From Arcobacter sp. (lineage in GTDB: Bacteria; Campylobacterota; Campylobacteria; Campylobacterales; Arcobacteraceae): a stretch of 10,526 bases of DNA. The notes below the pieces were generated by a model that made no database searches, was not told where the DNA came from, and saw nothing but the letters and a program-made list of their open reading frames with translations. The number at the start of each line of letters is the position of its first letter. Position 1 is the stretch's first letter. The stretch covers positions 1-10,526 of the forward strand of contig CBFIGT010000077.1 in the NCBI GenBank assembly GCA_965662175.1, given 5' to 3'. A program made the translations under genes and the position numbers. Positions 7,623 to 10,526 of this stretch are shown here, piece after piece.

Positions 7623-8093
7623 CTATTGGGCTATTAAATCACAAGTTATTAAATTTAATAACTTTTCTAAATCTTTTGGCTTAACTTCAATATCTAAACC
7701 TCTTTTTCCACCACTTACAAATATTGTCTCAAAATTAGAGGCACTACTATTTATCACTGTTCTTAATCTTTTTTTCTGTCCAAGTGGTGAAATTCCTCCA
7801 AGTAAATATCCTGTTACTTTTTGAGCTTCATTTTTATCAGCCATTTTTGCACTTTTTTCACCTAAGGCATTTGCAATATTTTTTAATGACATAGTACAAT
7901 TTACAGGGATTATTCCAACTGCTAACTCTTTTGTATTTAACTCAACTAATAAAGTTTTAAAAACCCTATTTTCATCAAGTCCCAATTTTAAAGCAGCCTC
8001 TTGCCCATAATTTGTACAATCGCTATCATGTTCATATTTATGTACTTTAAAATCACACTTATTTTTTTTAAGTAAATTAATTGCTGGTGTCAT
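7623..8093 (-). CDS. ybaK: Cys-tRNA(Pro) deacylase YbaK
   Basis: MTPAINLLKK, Y-x-H, VFKTLLV (conserved Lys), TGYLLGGISPLGQKKRL and VSGGKRGLDIE. GAGGA RBS at 8103-8107. Confidence 0.95.
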   Translation of the reverse strand: MTPAINLLKKNKCDFKVHKYEHDSDCTNYGQEAALKLGLDENRVFKTLLVELNTKELAVGIIPVNCTMSLKNIANALGEKSAKMADKNEAQKVTGYLLGGISPLGQKKRLRTVINSSASNFETIFVSGGKRGLDIEVKPKDLEKLLNLITCDLIAQ

Positions 8094-8121
8094 TTATGTC
8101 ATTCCTCTAAGCTATATAAAA

Positions 8122-8391
8122 TTATTTAAAATAGTTAATATACAACAAAACCAAAGATGAAACTAAGGTATATCCTATTATTTTTGTTAAAATATATAAA
8201 AATCTTGATTTCTCTTCTATATAAAATAAAATTCTTGGTTGTTGATAACTATATTTAATGTATAAAAAAACTATAGATAATATGATATATAAAACTACTA
8301 AAAAAGAGTCTGATTCTTTTATTAAAAAAAACTGATTAATCAAAAGTACTACAACAACTATCCAACAAACTTTCCAAAAAAGATATCTCAT
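8122..8391 (-). CDS. Hypothetical small membrane protein (about 3 TM helices)
   Basis: 89-aa hydrophobic ORF with an AAGG RBS, co-oriented with ybaK and 28 nt upstream of it. No family recognised. Confidence 0.6.
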   Translation of the reverse strand: MRYLFWKVCWIVVVVLLINQFFLIKESDSFLVVLYIILSIVFLYIKYSYQQPRILFYIEEKSRFLYILTKIIGYTLVSSLVLLYINYFK

Positions 8392-8569
8392 ATAATATAA
8401 CCTTTAAACTCTTATTCAAGTAATAATAATTTATATTATATTAAAACAATAGTTAATAGATTGTAAATTTTATAAATATAAAAAAACTATTTGTAATTCC
8501 TTTAAAAATTAACATTTTTATTGCCTTATTTATTCTATAATAAAAAAATATTATTTACTAGGAAAATTG

Positions 8570-9631
8570 ATGTCTTATAGAACATTAGAAGAAGAGATTA
8601 AAGTATTAGAATTAGGATTGCCTCCACTTGAGGGTGATGGTTTTATTGGCGGAAGATTAGACCCTAAAGAGGCTAGTTTAGTTTTAATTCCTGTTCCTTG
8701 GGAGGCTACTGTTTCATTTGGTGAGGGAACTGCTAAAGCTCCTGATGCTATGAGAGTTTCAAGTCATCAGCTTGATGTGGAGACTTATCACTATATTAAA
8801 CCATATAAAGCTGGTATTGCCATGCTTGATACTGATGAAGATTTATTAAAATTAAGTAATAAAGCTAGAAAAAAGGCTCTAAAAGTAATTGAGGCACTTG
8901 AAGAGGGAAAAACTAATAAAAAGGCTTTAAAATATGTAAATGAAGCTTCAACTACTTTAAATAACTCAGTTTATAAAAAATCACTAAGTCAAATTAAAAA
9001 AGGCAAATTTGTAGCTGTTGTTGGTGGTGACCACTCTTCACCTTTGGGACTTATTAAAGCCTTAAATGATACTCAAGAAGAAAATTTTGGAATACTACAT
9101 GTTGATGCACACCATGATTTACGAGAAGCTTATGAGGGTTTTAAATACTCTCATGCTTCTATTTTTTATAATGTTATGGAGAGTTGTGAAAAAGTATCTA
9201 ATTTAATTCAATTTGGAATTAGAGATTATAGTAGTGAGGAGTCAAATAGATTAAAAAACTATGGAAAAAAAGCTGCATGTTTATATGATACAAATATGCA
9301 AGCTCAACTAGCAAGTGGCAAATCCCTAGAAGAGGTTTTCACACCATATGTTGAACAACTTCCACAAAATGTTTATCTCTCTATTGATATTGATGGACTT
9401 GAGCCTTTAAACTGTCCAAATACAGGAACACCTGTCCCAGGTGGTTTAAGATATGGGGAGTTAGAACATCTAATATTTATGTTAGTTAAAAGTGGTAGAC
9501 ATATTATAGGTTTTGATTTATGTGAAGTTGGTGATAGTATTGATGGCTGGGATGCAAATGTTGGTTCTAGAATTTTATATCAACTTTGTGGTGCATTATT
9601 AGCAAGTCAAGAAAAAATAGATTATAAATAA
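8570..9631 (+). CDS. speB: Agmatinase-family ureohydrolase (arginase superfamily)
   Basis: VPWEATVSFGEGTAKAP, GGDHS, HVDAHHDLR, SHAS, GIRD, SIDIDGL, PNTGTPVPGGL, GFDLCEV. ATG 8570 is preferred over TTG 8567 because AGGA (8560-8563) is 6 nt upstream. Substrate is inferred. Confidence 0.88.
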   Translation: MSYRTLEEEIKVLELGLPPLEGDGFIGGRLDPKEASLVLIPVPWEATVSFGEGTAKAPDAMRVSSHQLDVETYHYIKPYKAGIAMLDTDEDLLKLSNKARKKALKVIEALEEGKTNKKALKYVNEASTTLNNSVYKKSLSQIKKGKFVAVVGGDHSSPLGLIKALNDTQEENFGILHVDAHHDLREAYEGFKYSHASIFYNVMESCEKVSNLIQFGIRDYSSEESNRLKNYGKKAACLYDTNMQAQLASGKSLEEVFTPYVEQLPQNVYLSIDIDGLEPLNCPNTGTPVPGGLRYGELEHLIFMLVKSGRHIIGFDLCEVGDSIDGWDANVGSRILYQLCGALLASQEKIDYK

Positions 9632-9646
9632 TTTATAATCTATTTT
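9614..9646 (+). terminator. Perfect 16-bp inverted repeat over the agmatinase stop codon; possible terminator hairpin
   Basis: aaaatagattataaat-a-atttataatctatttt. The stem is AT-rich, so the function is uncertain. Confidence 0.5.
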
Positions 9647-9709
9647 ATAAAATAAAAAACTTAAAAGATATTAAAAATTTATAAAACTCATATTTTTAAC
9701 ACATTTTTT

Positions 9710-9718
9710 TGCTATCAT
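9710..9718 (+). promoter_or_regulatory. Extended -10 promoter (TGcTATCAT) for the gene starting at 9769
   Basis: TGnTAtcAT after a T-tract, 50 nt upstream of the ATG. Confidence 0.55.
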
Positions 9719-9768
9719 AAGATTATCTAATATTGAAAAAATAAAAACTATTTATAAATGGGAAAAAT

Positions 9769-10526
9769 ATGAAAATAAGAACTCTAAGTTTTATTGGTTT
9801 ATTCTTTTGGCTTGGTATCTCTTTTTTATATCTAATAACCTCTTATACAACTAATATTTCTAAAGAAAAATCAATTGAAAACTATAATCAAATAATAAAT
9901 CTAAAACTAGAAGTTGAAGACTTACTTATACTTACAAGTGAGTTTTATCATAATGAAAATACAAAAGATAGTTGGCTGAACAAACAAGAAAAAATCTCTA
10001 TTTTACTTGATAAAATAATTTATAAATATGATAAAGAGAAAGAGATTTTAAATCAAATAAAAAAGATAAAAGAGTTAAATGACAAAATAAAGGAACTTTT
10101 TTTAGATTATTTACAATCAGATAAAACAAATGAAAATTTAAGTTCATATCTTAATTTACAAGTATCAAATATATTTTCACAAGCAGGAAGAATAAACAAA
10201 AAAGTAGTACTCTTAGTACAAGAAAACCATAAAAACTCTCAAGATCTAATCTCTAGTTTAGTTTTTGACTTAAGTTTTGTAAGCCTTATCTCAATACTTT
10301 TTATTTTGGTGATTTTCATCTCTATTTGGTTGAAAATATTAATTCCTCACAAAGAGATTATGAATAGATTAGAAGAGTACAATAATAATGATTTTACAAA
10401 TAAAATAAAATACCGTGCAAATGATGAAGTTGGGCTTTTTATAGAAACATTTAACAAGCTCATAGCTCAAAGAATAAAATGGGAAAAAGAGCTGCTTATC
10501 TTAAATGAAAAAAACATAAATAGTAT
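9769..10526 (+). CDS. Membrane-bound HAMP-domain signal transduction protein (sensor kinase or diguanylate cyclase type); 3' end lies outside the window
   Basis: Not in the ORF track because it has no stop in the window. My translation: MKIRTLSFIGLFFWLGISFLYLI (TM1), a helical periplasmic region of about 140 aa, LSFVSLISILFILVIFISIWLKILIP (TM2), a HAMP (NNDFTNKIKYRANDEVGLFIETFNKL), then a coiled coil (QRIKWEKELLILNE). Confidence 0.85.
   Translation, partial: MKIRTLSFIGLFFWLGISFLYLITSYTTNISKEKSIENYNQIINLKLEVEDLLILTSEFYHNENTKDSWLNKQEKISILLDKIIYKYDKEKEILNQIKKIKELNDKIKELFLDYLQSDKTNENLSSYLNLQVSNIFSQAGRINKKVVLLVQENHKNSQDLISSLVFDLSFVSLISILFILVIFISIWLKILIPHKEIMNRLEEYNNNDFTNKIKYRANDEVGLFIETFNKLIAQRIKWEKELLILNEKNINS

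Noticed and set aside
7600..7824. 74-aa plus-strand ORF
   Set aside because: Antisense shadow of ybaK.
8094..8102. ATG-ACA-TAA mini-ORF immediately before the ybaK ATG
   Set aside because: The GAGGA RBS abuts the first ATG with no spacer but is 9 nt from the real start, so the mini-ORF is unlikely to be translated.
8392..8566. Guanidine or other riboswitch upstream of the ureohydrolase
   Set aside because: The region is almost all A/T, with no GC stems or ACGR-loop hairpins.

Overview
Very AT-rich bacterial window whose gene content and promoter style suggest Campylobacterota (Arcobacter-like; inference). In order: the 3' end of a DUF2867/YbjT-like gene (+), a methyl-accepting chemotaxis protein with no periplasmic sensor domain (-), a secreted PEBP/YbhB-like protein (-), a group II truncated hemoglobin (+), a SagB/ThcOx-type nitroreductase coupled to a small membrane protein (-), a large-type NAD-specific glutamate dehydrogenase (-), ybaK (-), a small membrane protein (-), an agmatinase-family ureohydrolase (+), and the 5' part of a TM-sensor-TM-HAMP signalling protein missing from the ORF track (+). 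The main anomaly is that the two GDH ORFs are one reading frame broken by a single in-frame TGA (6686-6688), exactly where the Gly of the conserved GVHLR motif belongs. I found no RNA genes, mobile elements or CRISPR arrays, and no convincing novel multi-gene system. The remaining findings are modest and partly speculative.
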